From IMG/VR virus record IMGVR_UViG_3300020471_000004, positions 1-64,000 of that record: a stretch of DNA of 64,000 nucleotides; one strand, given 5' to 3'. Numbering within the stretch: the stretch's first letter is position 1; the number at the start of each line of letters is the position of its first letter. Shown one piece after another: positions 47,558-57,316 of this stretch. Below the pieces are notes generated by a model. The model searched no databases. It was given only the letters and a program-made list of their open reading frames with translations, and had not been told where the DNA came from. The translations under genes were made by a program, and so were the position numbers.

Positions 47558-48753
47558 TAGATAATTCCTTCAGCTTCGGTGATCATAAGCATACGCATTC
47601 CTCTATTAAAAGAAGCGTTTGCGCCTAGACCGACATATTTTCGAGGAGTACTTTCGCCGTAGAAAGTAAGTTCAATTTCATTATTTTGAGATACTGCATC
47701 AGCACTAGTATATGCAATCATATCCAATTCATGAGGGTACCCATAACGCTGAGTACTTAGACCGTTAGGGAAGTGTATAATGAATTTTTCGTCTTCACCT
47801 ACAGCTACCTGTTCTTTGTTATTGATAATACGAGTAGAGTCCGCGGTATCAATAACAGCGCTACGTGGTAGAGTAGGCGCTGTTACATCGCTTTCGCGTA
47901 CTACCAAATACATGATCTGGTCATGCTCGTCCTTAGGATCTAGGTCTCCGTTACCTGCAAGAGAGAATACGCAAAATAGAGGACTAAGACCGTCAACTAT
48001 TACAGCACCTGTATCTTTATCTACCATACGCTGAACACAGAACCAAGCTTGGTCTTGTCCGTCGCTGTCATAAGCTTCTGCCCACATAGCAAAAGAAATA
48101 CCGTGGTCTGATAAGGTAATTCTATAGCTAAGAGGGTGTGCAGAGAAGTCGCCTACTTTGCCCCAGTTTGGCTGATTCTTCTGAGTGAAATCTTTTTCTT
48201 GGTTTTGTGCATCGTCATTGAAACAATAGAAGAAACCGTTAGTATAAGTCTTAGCAGTACCAGAACCGCCCTTAACGTCTATGTACTTACGAATCAAACT
48301 ATCGTAGCTTAAAAAGCCTGCACCTTTTTCAATTCTTTCGCGAGTACCGTTGCCTGACGAACTGTAAGGCATAAAGTCTTTAAAATATTTGTAAGCAATT
48401 CTCCAGGTACCATCTTGATTCTTTATAATTTGGGTAGGTGTACATACCCAAATACGTAACCAGTTTTGATGACCTTCATTGAATCGGTAAGACAGCTTAC
48501 CAGAACCATCGTCACCTTCAGTAGATTGTGCTGTAATAAACACAACCCAAGGTTGATCTTCATCACCTGCTAGCGGGTCTACAGATGTAGTTGCTTTTAA
48601 ACAAACAGCAGTCGTCTCTCCATCCGGTATAGAGTTACTTGCTGCCCCGTTGTGGTATATGGCTTCAAAACCATTAGCGACCATGTCTTTGCTAAGAGCA
48701 TTAAGAAGCTCTGTAGCTTTGGCAAAGCCTTCGCGTTTTGTAGTAAAACCCAT
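47557..48753 (-). CDS. virion structural protein, paralogue 4 of 5
   Basis: Same motifs; start MGFTTK at 48753 with GGAG SD. Confidence 0.75.
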   Translation of the reverse strand: MGFTTKREGFAKATELLNALSKDMVANGFEAIYHNGAASNSIPDGETTAVCLKATTSVDPLAGDEDQPWVVFITAQSTEGDDGSGKLSYRFNEGHQNWLRIWVCTPTQIIKNQDGTWRIAYKYFKDFMPYSSSGNGTRERIEKGAGFLSYDSLIRKYIDVKGGSGTAKTYTNGFFYCFNDDAQNQEKDFTQKNQPNWGKVGDFSAHPLSYRITLSDHGISFAMWAEAYDSDGQDQAWFCVQRMVDKDTGAVIVDGLSPLFCVFSLAGNGDLDPKDEHDQIMYLVVRESDVTAPTLPRSAVIDTADSTRIINNKEQVAVGEDEKFIIHFPNGLSTQRYGYPHELDMIAYTSADAVSQNNEIELTFYGESTPRKYVGLGANASFNRGMRMLMITEAEGII

Positions 48754-48773
48754 TGTTATCTCCAAAAATTAAA

Positions 48774-49781
48774 TTAATCGCCGCCTGCTGTCCAGAACAT
48801 AACACGCATACCTGCGTTATATTGTTTATCAGCCGTCATGCCTTGATAAGTACGCTCATTACTTTCACTGTAAGGATTAGTCGTTAACGTAGAGCTTTGG
48901 CTCAGTACGTCACTTGATATAATCCCTACTAGGTCAAGCTCTGTGTCGTAACCATACCGCTGAGTGCAAAGGCCGTTAGGAAAAGTCAGTACAATCTCAT
49001 TGCCTTCTCTTATAGACACCTGCTGCTTGTTGTTTATGATCCTGTTTGAATCTGCTGTATCTTCTACTGCGGTTACAGGAATAGTAGGTGCATTAACATC
49101 ACTTTCTCTAACAACAAACTTTTGAATAGCATCACCATCCGAAGAACTTGGATTGTAGGAAAATACGCAGAACAGAGGACTTTTGCCTGTTGTAACAGGA
49201 ACACCTGCAGGTGTAACCATTCGCTGACACACAAACCATAAAAACTTATCGCCATCGCTGTCTGCACTTTCAGACCAGATACCTACAGAAATACCGTGAT
49301 TGGTTTGGTTAAAACACAAACTAAAAGGATATGCCTGGGTATCTGAACCTGCAAGTCCCCAAACTTCATAGTCTAAAGTTCTTCGGTATTCACTTTCTCG
49401 GGAACTGTCGAAGTGAACACTGCCGGGAGTAAGTTTACCAGATGCAATACTTTTAGAGTCCTCTTGTTTTTTAAGAGCTATACGCCAGTTGTTATTTGAC
49501 GGATCTACGATGATTTGTTCAGGAGTGACTATATAGATATCCATCCACTGTTCAGATTCGTTGAACTCAAGAACTATACCCCAAGGTTGACTACTAACTA
49601 TAGAATCTATAGTAGAAGTCGCCTTAAGGTAAATCTTTTCTTGAATATTGTCGATATTTCCTGGTTCAGTGTCATCAACTCGAACTACTTCAAAAGAACC
49701 GGAGTCTTTAAAAGTAGAAGCAATCTGGATAACTAGGTCCCGAAACGTCACAATGCCGTTATATAGGAAACTAGAAGACAT
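48774..49781 (-). CDS. virion structural protein, paralogue 3 of 5
   Basis: Same motifs. Confidence 0.75.
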   Translation of the reverse strand: MSSSFLYNGIVTFRDLVIQIASTFKDSGSFEVVRVDDTEPGNIDNIQEKIYLKATSTIDSIVSSQPWGIVLEFNESEQWMDIYIVTPEQIIVDPSNNNWRIALKKQEDSKSIASGKLTPGSVHFDSSRESEYRRTLDYEVWGLAGSDTQAYPFSLCFNQTNHGISVGIWSESADSDGDKFLWFVCQRMVTPAGVPVTTGKSPLFCVFSYNPSSSDGDAIQKFVVRESDVNAPTIPVTAVEDTADSNRIINNKQQVSIREGNEIVLTFPNGLCTQRYGYDTELDLVGIISSDVLSQSSTLTTNPYSESNERTYQGMTADKQYNAGMRVMFWTAGGD

Positions 49782-49783
49782 AA

Positions 49784-50797
49784 TTAAATACCTGCGCCTT
49801 TAATAAGACAAAACATACGCATGCCTGTATTCCTAGGGAAGTTCGCCTGCATACCAATATATTGTCTTGGTTCGTCTTCACCATATAAAGGTACATCAAT
49901 GGCTTGGTTCTGCGATATAACATCAGCGCTGGTGTAAGCAATCATGTCCAATTCATAGCTATAATCATACCGCTGAGTATTAATACCTTGAGGAAAGCGT
50001 ATAGTGTAGTTATTGTCTTCTGACAAAGAAACTTGTTGCAGAGGATTAATAATAGCACGGCTATCAGGTCCGACTTTAACAGCACTTTCAGGACGAGTAG
50101 GTGCATTAACATCCGTTTCGTAGACTACGAATTTAAGAATAGCTGATTCTACTGCATTAATATCCTCAGAGTCGGCAATATTTGTACTACCTCCACCTGC
50201 TGTGGCAAATACGCAGAACAGAGGACTTTTGCCTGTTGTGACTACAGTACCATCTTTTTGTACAGGTCTTTGAATAGTAAACCAGCTAAAACAGTCACCT
50301 GCCTTATCAAAAGACTCTGCCCACAAAAAGAAACTAATTCCGTGGTCACTGATAGACAGGCGATAGCTAATTGGTATAGCGCGAGGGTCTACACCGCCTA
50401 TATTAAAACACGACCAGTTAGAGTCTGTTCTACTCATGAACTTAGAGTTAGGTTCACCTACTTCATTGTCTAAAAATAAATGACCTGATTGAGAGCTAGT
50501 GCCATTAGCGGCTACCGTATATGTATCACTAAGCTGAGTAACATGGCAAGCCCAGAAGCGTATAAAGCCTCCGTCTGCATCAGTCGCTTCTAATACAAGT
50601 CGCCAATCTTGACCTACAGGATCTACATCAGTAGTAGGGGCAAAAACATAGTGCGTTGTGCCGTCACTAGGAACAGGACTTGAATCACTACCGTTAGCTG
50701 CAATTAAGGTATAACCGTTCGCAACAAGGTCTTGAGCTAGTTCTTTTCCAAGCTTCTGCACAGATACGTAACTATTACGTTCTACAGAAAAGCCCAT
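49784..50797 (-). CDS. virion structural protein, paralogue 2 of 5
   Basis: Same motifs; AGGAG SD. Confidence 0.75.
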   Translation of the reverse strand: MGFSVERNSYVSVQKLGKELAQDLVANGYTLIAANGSDSSPVPSDGTTHYVFAPTTDVDPVGQDWRLVLEATDADGGFIRFWACHVTQLSDTYTVAANGTSSQSGHLFLDNEVGEPNSKFMSRTDSNWSCFNIGGVDPRAIPISYRLSISDHGISFFLWAESFDKAGDCFSWFTIQRPVQKDGTVVTTGKSPLFCVFATAGGGSTNIADSEDINAVESAILKFVVYETDVNAPTRPESAVKVGPDSRAIINPLQQVSLSEDNNYTIRFPQGINTQRYDYSYELDMIAYTSADVISQNQAIDVPLYGEDEPRQYIGMQANFPRNTGMRMFCLIKGAGI

Positions 50798-50806
50798 TTC
50801 GTTCTC

Positions 50807-51241
50807 CTATCTATTTCGAAACTTATGGAGGTTTCTTTCACTTTTAAAATGGTTCAGAAGCACATGATGTTCAGGAGTACCTGGTATCATCCAAGAGCTA
50901 GGAGGCTCTACGTGGTTCTGGAATTCTTTGTTAAACAGTTTGTAACCTTCGCCCAACTCTTTATCAGAGTTTAAGGCTCTTTGCATTATCTCTCCGTCAA
51001 TTGCATTCTGCCTAGTAAAAGCCTTTACCATCCTTTCTTTGACTTTCGAACCATATACAAACGTATACAATTCAGGAGTAGGCATCTTTAAGTATAAACG
51101 AAATGCCTTAAAGAACCCTCTTGCTACTTCCAGTATATGGTCTTTTTCAATATCAAGATAGTAGATCAAGTTCATCACATCATGCAGTTCCCTAGCTAAA
51201 CCTATCTTGGGAATATTGTTTAGAGAGATAAGCATTCTCAT
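50807..51241 (-). CDS. hypothetical protein with tag-like N-terminus
   Basis: MRMLISLN; TAATG-coupled; unrelated to the flanking paralogues. Confidence 0.65.
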   Translation of the reverse strand: MRMLISLNNIPKIGLARELHDVMNLIYYLDIEKDHILEVARGFFKAFRLYLKMPTPELYTFVYGSKVKERMVKAFTRQNAIDGEIMQRALNSDKELGEGYKLFNKEFQNHVEPPSSWMIPGTPEHHVLLNHFKSERNLHKFRNR

Positions 51242-52269
51242 TAAAAACCTTTACCTTGAGTCTGGCATAAAAGACGCATACCTGTATTATTAGGAAAGTT
51301 CGCATTGAGAGCTTTATACGTTCTCATAGAAGACTCACCAAATACAGTGAAGCTAGGTTTAGACCACTGGCTCAATACGTCAGCACTGGTATACGCGATC
51401 ATATCCAATTTGTAGTCGTACATGTAACGGTCAGTAGTGAAGCCTTGCGGCATTCTGATAACATAGTTGCTATCTTCCATAAGAGCAATTTGCTGGATAG
51501 GATTAATAACAGGATAGTTATCAGCCGTAGGTACTATTGCAGTTACAGGGATTGTCGGTTTATTAATGTCTTCTTCTCGTACCACAAACATTTGAATAGT
51601 ATTTGTGACTTTAGGAGACACTGCATTGTTAAGTAAACCTATATCGTCTATACCGTTTTGAGAAAACAGGCACATCAGCATAGCCTTTCCGTCGGTTACA
51701 ACTAGACCTGTATTGCAATCTACAGGTCGTTGAATCAGAAACCAACAAAAGCAGTCACCTGCCCCGTCAAAAGACTCTGCCCACATGTGAAAGAAGACAC
51801 CGTGGTCAGTAACCGATAAGTGGTAACTAAGCGGAATATTCTTTTCATCTACACCGTCTGGTTTGTAACAAGACCAGCGTGTATTGTCTTGAACCCTGCT
51901 CCAAAAGAAACTGCCATCGGCATCAGCCTCAGCAACATTCCCTAAGCTAAGCCGTCCGCTGTCGTAGTCTTCCTTGTATTGAGTAGGACTGTTAGTGTCG
52001 TCAATCTGTGTAGGCGTAAGGGCCCATACATTTATATAGCCTGAACTTTGGTTAAACTCTAGCATAAGACGCCAAGGCTGATCTTCTATCAAAGGGTCAA
52101 CACTGTCGTCAGGTTCTAGAATATAGTGGTTTGTAGAAGCTTGATAAGAACTGGTATCAAGCTTATCGGCAGCAATAACTTTAAAGCCTGTAGTCTCTAG
52201 ATCTTTTACAATCTGGAAACCCATAGCAGTAATGTCAGTAAAGCCGTTACGTTCTATACTTAGACTCAT
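51241..52269 (-). CDS. virion structural protein, paralogue 1 of 5
   Basis: Same motifs. Confidence 0.75.
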   Translation of the reverse strand: MSLSIERNGFTDITAMGFQIVKDLETTGFKVIAADKLDTSSYQASTNHYILEPDDSVDPLIEDQPWRLMLEFNQSSGYINVWALTPTQIDDTNSPTQYKEDYDSGRLSLGNVAEADADGSFFWSRVQDNTRWSCYKPDGVDEKNIPLSYHLSVTDHGVFFHMWAESFDGAGDCFCWFLIQRPVDCNTGLVVTDGKAMLMCLFSQNGIDDIGLLNNAVSPKVTNTIQMFVVREEDINKPTIPVTAIVPTADNYPVINPIQQIALMEDSNYVIRMPQGFTTDRYMYDYKLDMIAYTSADVLSQWSKPSFTVFGESSMRTYKALNANFPNNTGMRLLCQTQGKGF

Positions 52270-53072
52270 TATTCTTGCACCAAATATGTTAACGTCATTT
52301 TGGGACGTATAGGAGCATCACCAACATTAGTGAACCTGAAATGCAAAGTACGCTCTACAGGATCATCTAAGTTGGCAAGAAAACTGTAACGACGGAATCT
52401 TTTATAAGAACCGTCGTCTTGTACTTGTATACCTTCATCAACCAAAAGGTTAACATCGGAGATATAAGTATAAGGATTTTTATCATCCCTAGCAGCCGTA
52501 GTGAATCCCTCTACTTTTAAGTCTAAAGCATTTACCTCTAGCTTTAGTAGCATAACCACTTTACCTACATCAGGTAAATCAAAGTCATGCAGATCGCCAG
52601 ACTCAAGAGATTCTTCCATTTCATATTCAACAATACCGCGTGTACCTGAGTTAGATACGTAGTCGATCCAAACAGGCTTTTTGTTTGCATCAAGACCAAG
52701 TATCTGCCCAGGAGTCCCAGGCACAGGTACAACTCTATCAGGGTCAATACTTATAGTAGATTCACCTATTACTTGAATAGGAGCCTCGACTTGGTAGTCT
52801 GTACCAAATTTAAGCTCCTCCCAAGTTTCTTTATCTGCGGTAAGTTTATAGATTACTGCATCTTCAACCACATAGGCAAGTTGCCCTTCTTTACGTGCAT
52901 CGAATTGCTCAATCAAGCCATTAAACGATTTGCCAATGGCATCCTGAACCCACTGATCACGGTCAGAAATAGTTTTGAAAACACGATACCCGCCTTTTAA
53001 GTAGGTATCTTCTATAATGAAAGGTACGTTAGAGCTTGCTGGGAGAAAATAACTGGTTGCGCTTAATGGCAT
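52269..53072 (-). CDS. putative tail-fibre-associated protein
   Basis: GGYRVF.T..DRD..RKEGQLAYV and GTPGQILG...PVW fibre-type motifs; AGGAG SD. Confidence 0.55.
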   Translation of the reverse strand: MPLSATSYFLPASSNVPFIIEDTYLKGGYRVFKTISDRDQWVQDAIGKSFNGLIEQFDARKEGQLAYVVEDAVIYKLTADKETWEELKFGTDYQVEAPIQVIGESTISIDPDRVVPVPGTPGQILGLDANKKPVWIDYVSNSGTRGIVEYEMEESLESGDLHDFDLPDVGKVVMLLKLEVNALDLKVEGFTTAARDDKNPYTYISDVNLLVDEGIQVQDDGSYKRFRRYSFLANLDDPVERTLHFRFTNVGDAPIRPKMTLTYLVQE

Positions 53073-53084
53073 GTTATACTCCTA

Positions 53085-55577
53085 TTACGGGTTACCTGAC
53101 CCTTCGTTACTTGAACCATATGTGATAGCAAAGGTCTGTGTAGGACCATACGCAACGTCAGTACGGTAAATATAATATTCAGTGCCGCCAACTGTAACTT
53201 CTGCAGGAGATCCAAATGAACCATCTTGCCAAGTATGGCGACCCATGTCCCAACTACCTGCGGTATTATTAGCAGTATTAACAATGTACAAGTAGCCCCA
53301 TTCTTTCGGATACATAATAAAACCTTGTTCGGTATTATTATCATTCAGAGGTCCTACTGTAATTTCTTCACCGTTAGTTCCTTCTAGGCTACCTGTAAGT
53401 AAATCGTAGAACGCTGGGCTTGCGTAGTCTGCAATGTAGTCTTGAATAGGTGCAATACCCCATCTAGGTGATACATCGCTATCTGCAACATTGAGCGTAA
53501 GGTTACCTGTAACAGTGGTTCCGTTCTCAACATAAGTACCACGTACTGTAACAACTTTATTGCCTGTAACGTTACCGAGCAATACATCATTAGAGTTAGA
53601 ACCTGCGAACGTGCTGCCGTATGCATTGTTAACAAATGACGGAGTAAGGTCAGGACTTGCTTTAACGTCTGCGGTACTACCATCATTATAAGTAACAGTG
53701 TAGGCAATAATTGCAGTCTCACCTTCAGTGTAGTCGTTGTCAGGGCTTGTGGTTAATGCAAGCGATACAGGAACTAGTGCAGCCGCGATAATATCAACGT
53801 TTTTAGTCGCACTCATTTCAACACCGTTAATGGTATGAGTAGCACTGATAGTAACCTGTTGATCGTTTTCAATATCACCTGCTGTTAGTCTACCGCTACC
53901 ATTTATAGAACCGTAGGTGTCACCTGCGGTTAGTGACCAATCAGCATCTGCTGTGTAGGTCTGAGTAGTAGAATTATCAAACGTTACACGTAAGCTATAA
54001 TTGCTGCTGGTTTGCTCGTTGACAGAGTTAGCACCGATAATAGTTGCAGACACAGGAACAGGCGGATTATTAGTAAGAGTAACATCTAGTGTACCTGTAA
54101 TAGTCTTGCCGTATTCGGTAAACTCTGCTTGTAGCCTAACAGTACGGTCTTGATTGATTGAGTTAGCAGTAAGCTCGTAGCCATTAAGAGTACTATAAGC
54201 GTTAGACAGTTGCGTAAAGGTATCTGGGGTAAACGGATGTTCTTCACTGCCGTCATCGCGCACAAGCCTTACAGTATACGTAGCGCTTTCACCTTCTGCG
54301 ACTGACGTTGGTCCAACTATTTCAAGAGACTGAATAAGAGGATCTGTATCTACTACTGTAACGGTTTTGGTTGCTGAAACCTCAGTACCATCGTAAGTAT
54401 AGGTAGCAGAAATAACAACAGGCTTATCGCCGCCGTTAACCTCTTTGGCACTTAGCAATGCTGCACCGGTGATAGTTGCGTGAGCAGTAGAATCTAGGCT
54501 AATCGCGTCTGCTACAACATCTTGAGTAGAGTTATCACTAAAGGTAGCTCTAATGATATACTGAGAGTCAGTGTTTTCATCTACCAAGTTGTCACCGACT
54601 ATTTCAAGTCTAGTTATCTCCAGACCTGCCTGGATTTCAATACTGTGGTTATCTGTTGCAGTAACACCATCTTCGGTATAGCTTGCATTAAGAACAACCT
54701 GAGTATTAGAAGTAACGTTGTTGGTAACAAAGTTGCCTGCAGTATTGATACTTGAAACAGTATTGTTAGAAGTGGTAAATGTATTAGGTGTAACAATACT
54801 TGTTCTGCCGTCTGCGTAGAAAGCAGTAACGGTCATTTGTACAGATGATTGTTCAGGTATAGACGTAGGTCCGTTGATCTGAATAGCAATAAGAGAAGTA
54901 TCTACTTCCACCAAATCGTCCTGTGTAGGGAAACGCCAAATAGCAATCCATTCATTAGAATTGTCTTCGCTTTGTCCTATAAGAAACAGCATCATTCCTT
55001 GTTGAGGAGGCGCACTATTAGAAACCAATGCGTATTCATTGGCATTAATTTTTATTTTGGTACGCGGCTTATCTGGGTGCGTATGGAATACAGGATAACG
55101 TGGATTAGAGTTTCTAGGGTCTTCAATAGAAACAACACGTGCCTCAGGTTCAGGACCACTAAGCAATCCGAGTCCGTGTTCAGATACAGTGGCAGGTCCA
55201 GTAGGTTCTGAGTTAGTAGATATACCATAAAGTCTAGGGTCTTCAACAACTGGAGTATAATACTGCGCTTCTACCCATAAGTCTGCGTAAGCGGTCAACT
55301 CTTCCCAAGAATTATCATAAAAGCCGCTGTCGCTGTGGCTAATACGTTTTAAAACTTTCTTGTAAGCAGGATGATCACTATCAGCAGGGATCCAAAGAAC
55401 GTTATAAGGCAACTGACTAAAAGTAGGCTCTAGATAAGATACTACAACAATAAATGTTTTGTTAGGGTTGCTTCGTTCAGGTTGTACCGTAAACTGGATA
55501 GGATTTGTAGGCTCAATGTTACGATACCCTGCAAGTGCAAGGTAATTTTCAATAAAGTCTATTAACTGTTGGTCCAT
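53085..55577 (-). CDS. tail fibre-like protein with tandem Ig-like repeats
   Basis: About five repeats of I.G...V.E...Y.V...(Y/F).DG....A.YT..G; N-terminus paralogous to 55924 and 56661. Confidence 0.7.
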   Translation of the reverse strand: MDQQLIDFIENYLALAGYRNIEPTNPIQFTVQPERSNPNKTFIVVVSYLEPTFSQLPYNVLWIPADSDHPAYKKVLKRISHSDSGFYDNSWEELTAYADLWVEAQYYTPVVEDPRLYGISTNSEPTGPATVSEHGLGLLSGPEPEARVVSIEDPRNSNPRYPVFHTHPDKPRTKIKINANEYALVSNSAPPQQGMMLFLIGQSEDNSNEWIAIWRFPTQDDLVEVDTSLIAIQINGPTSIPEQSSVQMTVTAFYADGRTSIVTPNTFTTSNNTVSSINTAGNFVTNNVTSNTQVVLNASYTEDGVTATDNHSIEIQAGLEITRLEIVGDNLVDENTDSQYIIRATFSDNSTQDVVADAISLDSTAHATITGAALLSAKEVNGGDKPVVISATYTYDGTEVSATKTVTVVDTDPLIQSLEIVGPTSVAEGESATYTVRLVRDDGSEEHPFTPDTFTQLSNAYSTLNGYELTANSINQDRTVRLQAEFTEYGKTITGTLDVTLTNNPPVPVSATIIGANSVNEQTSSNYSLRVTFDNSTTQTYTADADWSLTAGDTYGSINGSGRLTAGDIENDQQVTISATHTINGVEMSATKNVDIIAAALVPVSLALTTSPDNDYTEGETAIIAYTVTYNDGSTADVKASPDLTPSFVNNAYGSTFAGSNSNDVLLGNVTGNKVVTVRGTYVENGTTVTGNLTLNVADSDVSPRWGIAPIQDYIADYASPAFYDLLTGSLEGTNGEEITVGPLNDNNTEQGFIMYPKEWGYLYIVNTANNTAGSWDMGRHTWQDGSFGSPAEVTVGGTEYYIYRTDVAYGPTQTFAITYGSSNEGSGNP

Positions 55578-55915
55578 TATTCTTCCCCTACTTGAAAAGA
55601 TTGGACAACGTCTGCGGTAACCACATCGTCTGTAAATATACAGCGTAGCTCTACAAGTCCGGGAGTGTCAAAAACTACATCAAAGTATTCAGATGCAGTA
55701 TGCGAAGGCAAAGTCGGCAAAGGATAGTTCTTGATAGGCCCTGGTTCAAGAGTTGCATTAGCAGTAACTACCATCACCTCTTTAGGTACAAACCAGCCTG
55801 CAAAGACTATCTCGTTGTTATTATTTTCTGCCCAAATCGGCATAAGAATTCGTTTTCGGGTATTCAGAGGAATAATATCCTCATGAGGTACACCGTATCG
55901 TGTAACTGTAGACAT
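55577..55915 (-). CDS. hypothetical protein in the fibre cluster
   Basis: 112 aa, coupled. Confidence 0.6.
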   Translation of the reverse strand: MSTVTRYGVPHEDIIPLNTRKRILMPIWAENNNNEIVFAGWFVPKEVMVVTANATLEPGPIKNYPLPTLPSHTASEYFDVVFDTPGLVELRCIFTDDVVTADVVQSFQVGEE

Positions 55916-55923
55916 ATTAGCTC

Positions 55924-56649
55924 CTATACCAAAACAATATCAGCAGAGACCAAAGTCAGGCTGTTCATTGCATCTTGGTGAAGTCCGTTATCTCGGTCAG
56001 GTTCAGTAACAGAAGGATAAACGTGATTAGAAGTCAAGTCTCCCCAACTGGCATCCCCTAGGTGGTCAGTGAGCAAGGTATTACCTTCATCAGAAGTACC
56101 GTACTCGATAACTACTGCTCTACCTGTAGTCGCTAAACGTGTAGCAGGAACTTCATCATGCATTTCATCATGCGGAAGAGGATCACGCGCATCTGATAAA
56201 GTAGGGTCACCTTCACCGATAGCTACAGGGTCACCTGGATTTGTAGGAGTAACAGTAAGCGTAACCATACCGAGTGCGTCCGTAGAAGAATCAGGAGTGC
56301 TAGGAAGAATATCGTCACCAGAATCCCAAAATTGGTCTTCCCAAAGGTCAACGTACTGAGTAATTTCAACCCACGTATGTACAGTATTGCCACTTTGAGG
56401 AGTAGCTTTTGACTCTCTTCGGTATACTGTCAGGTAATCTGACTTAGACGAATCAAATTGGACCCAAAGAACGTTAAGAGGTAACGTTAAATCGTGCGGC
56501 TCTGTTTTTGCAGCAACTACAGTAGTGGTTTTAGCAATAACAGGATTTGTTCGGCGTACAATAACAGGTTGAGTGTGGCTCTCAATATCTGCGTAATCTC
56601 TAATATCGTGAACAAAGTCACGAAGTTTTTGTGCTTGCTCAGTAGCCAT
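55924..56649 (-). CDS. putative fibre/attachment protein (paralogue)
   Basis: EP..L.LPLNVLW, Y..V.RR.SK, D..LSDAR.P..H motifs. Confidence 0.65.
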   Translation of the reverse strand: MATEQAQKLRDFVHDIRDYADIESHTQPVIVRRTNPVIAKTTTVVAAKTEPHDLTLPLNVLWVQFDSSKSDYLTVYRRESKATPQSGNTVHTWVEITQYVDLWEDQFWDSGDDILPSTPDSSTDALGMVTLTVTPTNPGDPVAIGEGDPTLSDARDPLPHDEMHDEVPATRLATTGRAVVIEYGTSDEGNTLLTDHLGDASWGDLTSNHVYPSVTEPDRDNGLHQDAMNSLTLVSADIVLV

Positions 56650-56660
56650 AGGATGCTCCT

Positions 56661-57305
56661 TTATGCAATATCATCTGGTGTAATTTTACGCCATTCAAGG
56701 TCACCTGAAGGAGTAAACATCAAAGCAGCGCTAACCTGTGCAATACTATTTAGAATATTACCGTGACCTGCCGAGTGTGCTAACATAGTAGCAGGTTTCT
56801 CTACGTGCGTGTGTGACTTAGGTACTCGGTTATCGCTCATTCGGGGGTCATCAGACACAATGAACACAGGCTGGTTAGGGTCTGTAGGGTCAACACTGAT
56901 TCGTGCTTTACCTGGGCCTTCTACACTAGCGTAAGGTACTGGTGTAACACCTACCAGTGCCAGATCAGAAGGGTCATAAGTTTGGTCTTCAAGAATATCC
57001 TCATAGAAGTAAAGAACTTCCCAATCTTGAGTAATACCTTCCGAACCGAAAGAACCTGGTGATTTAGATACTCGACGTAATGCTTGTTTGTACAAAGGGC
57101 TATCTGCTCGATAACATATCCATACAACGTTTAAAGGGAGAACCATATTAATAGGTTCTCCCTGGCTGCAAACAATCGCAATAGTACGATTGGTGTGTAC
57201 GTCAGTATGCCTCATAACTATCGGTGTATCTTCGGAAACGTTTTTAACATCTGATAGTTTTTCAAGAGTGTTAATTAGTTTCTCTAGTTTTGATTCCATA
57301 CCCAT
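56661..57305 (-). CDS. putative fibre/attachment protein (paralogue)
   Basis: EP..MVLPLNVVW, YK.ALRRVSK, DPRMSDNR.P..H.H motifs. Confidence 0.65.
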   Translation of the reverse strand: MGMESKLEKLINTLEKLSDVKNVSEDTPIVMRHTDVHTNRTIAIVCSQGEPINMVLPLNVVWICYRADSPLYKQALRRVSKSPGSFGSEGITQDWEVLYFYEDILEDQTYDPSDLALVGVTPVPYASVEGPGKARISVDPTDPNQPVFIVSDDPRMSDNRVPKSHTHVEKPATMLAHSAGHGNILNSIAQVSAALMFTPSGDLEWRKITPDDIA

Positions 57306-57316
57306 AATATTTTACC

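Noticed and set aside
46517-52269. Diversity-generating retroelement or invertible cassette explanation for the paralogues
   Set aside because: No reverse transcriptase or invertase, no adenine-specific TR/VR pair, all copies in the same orientation.
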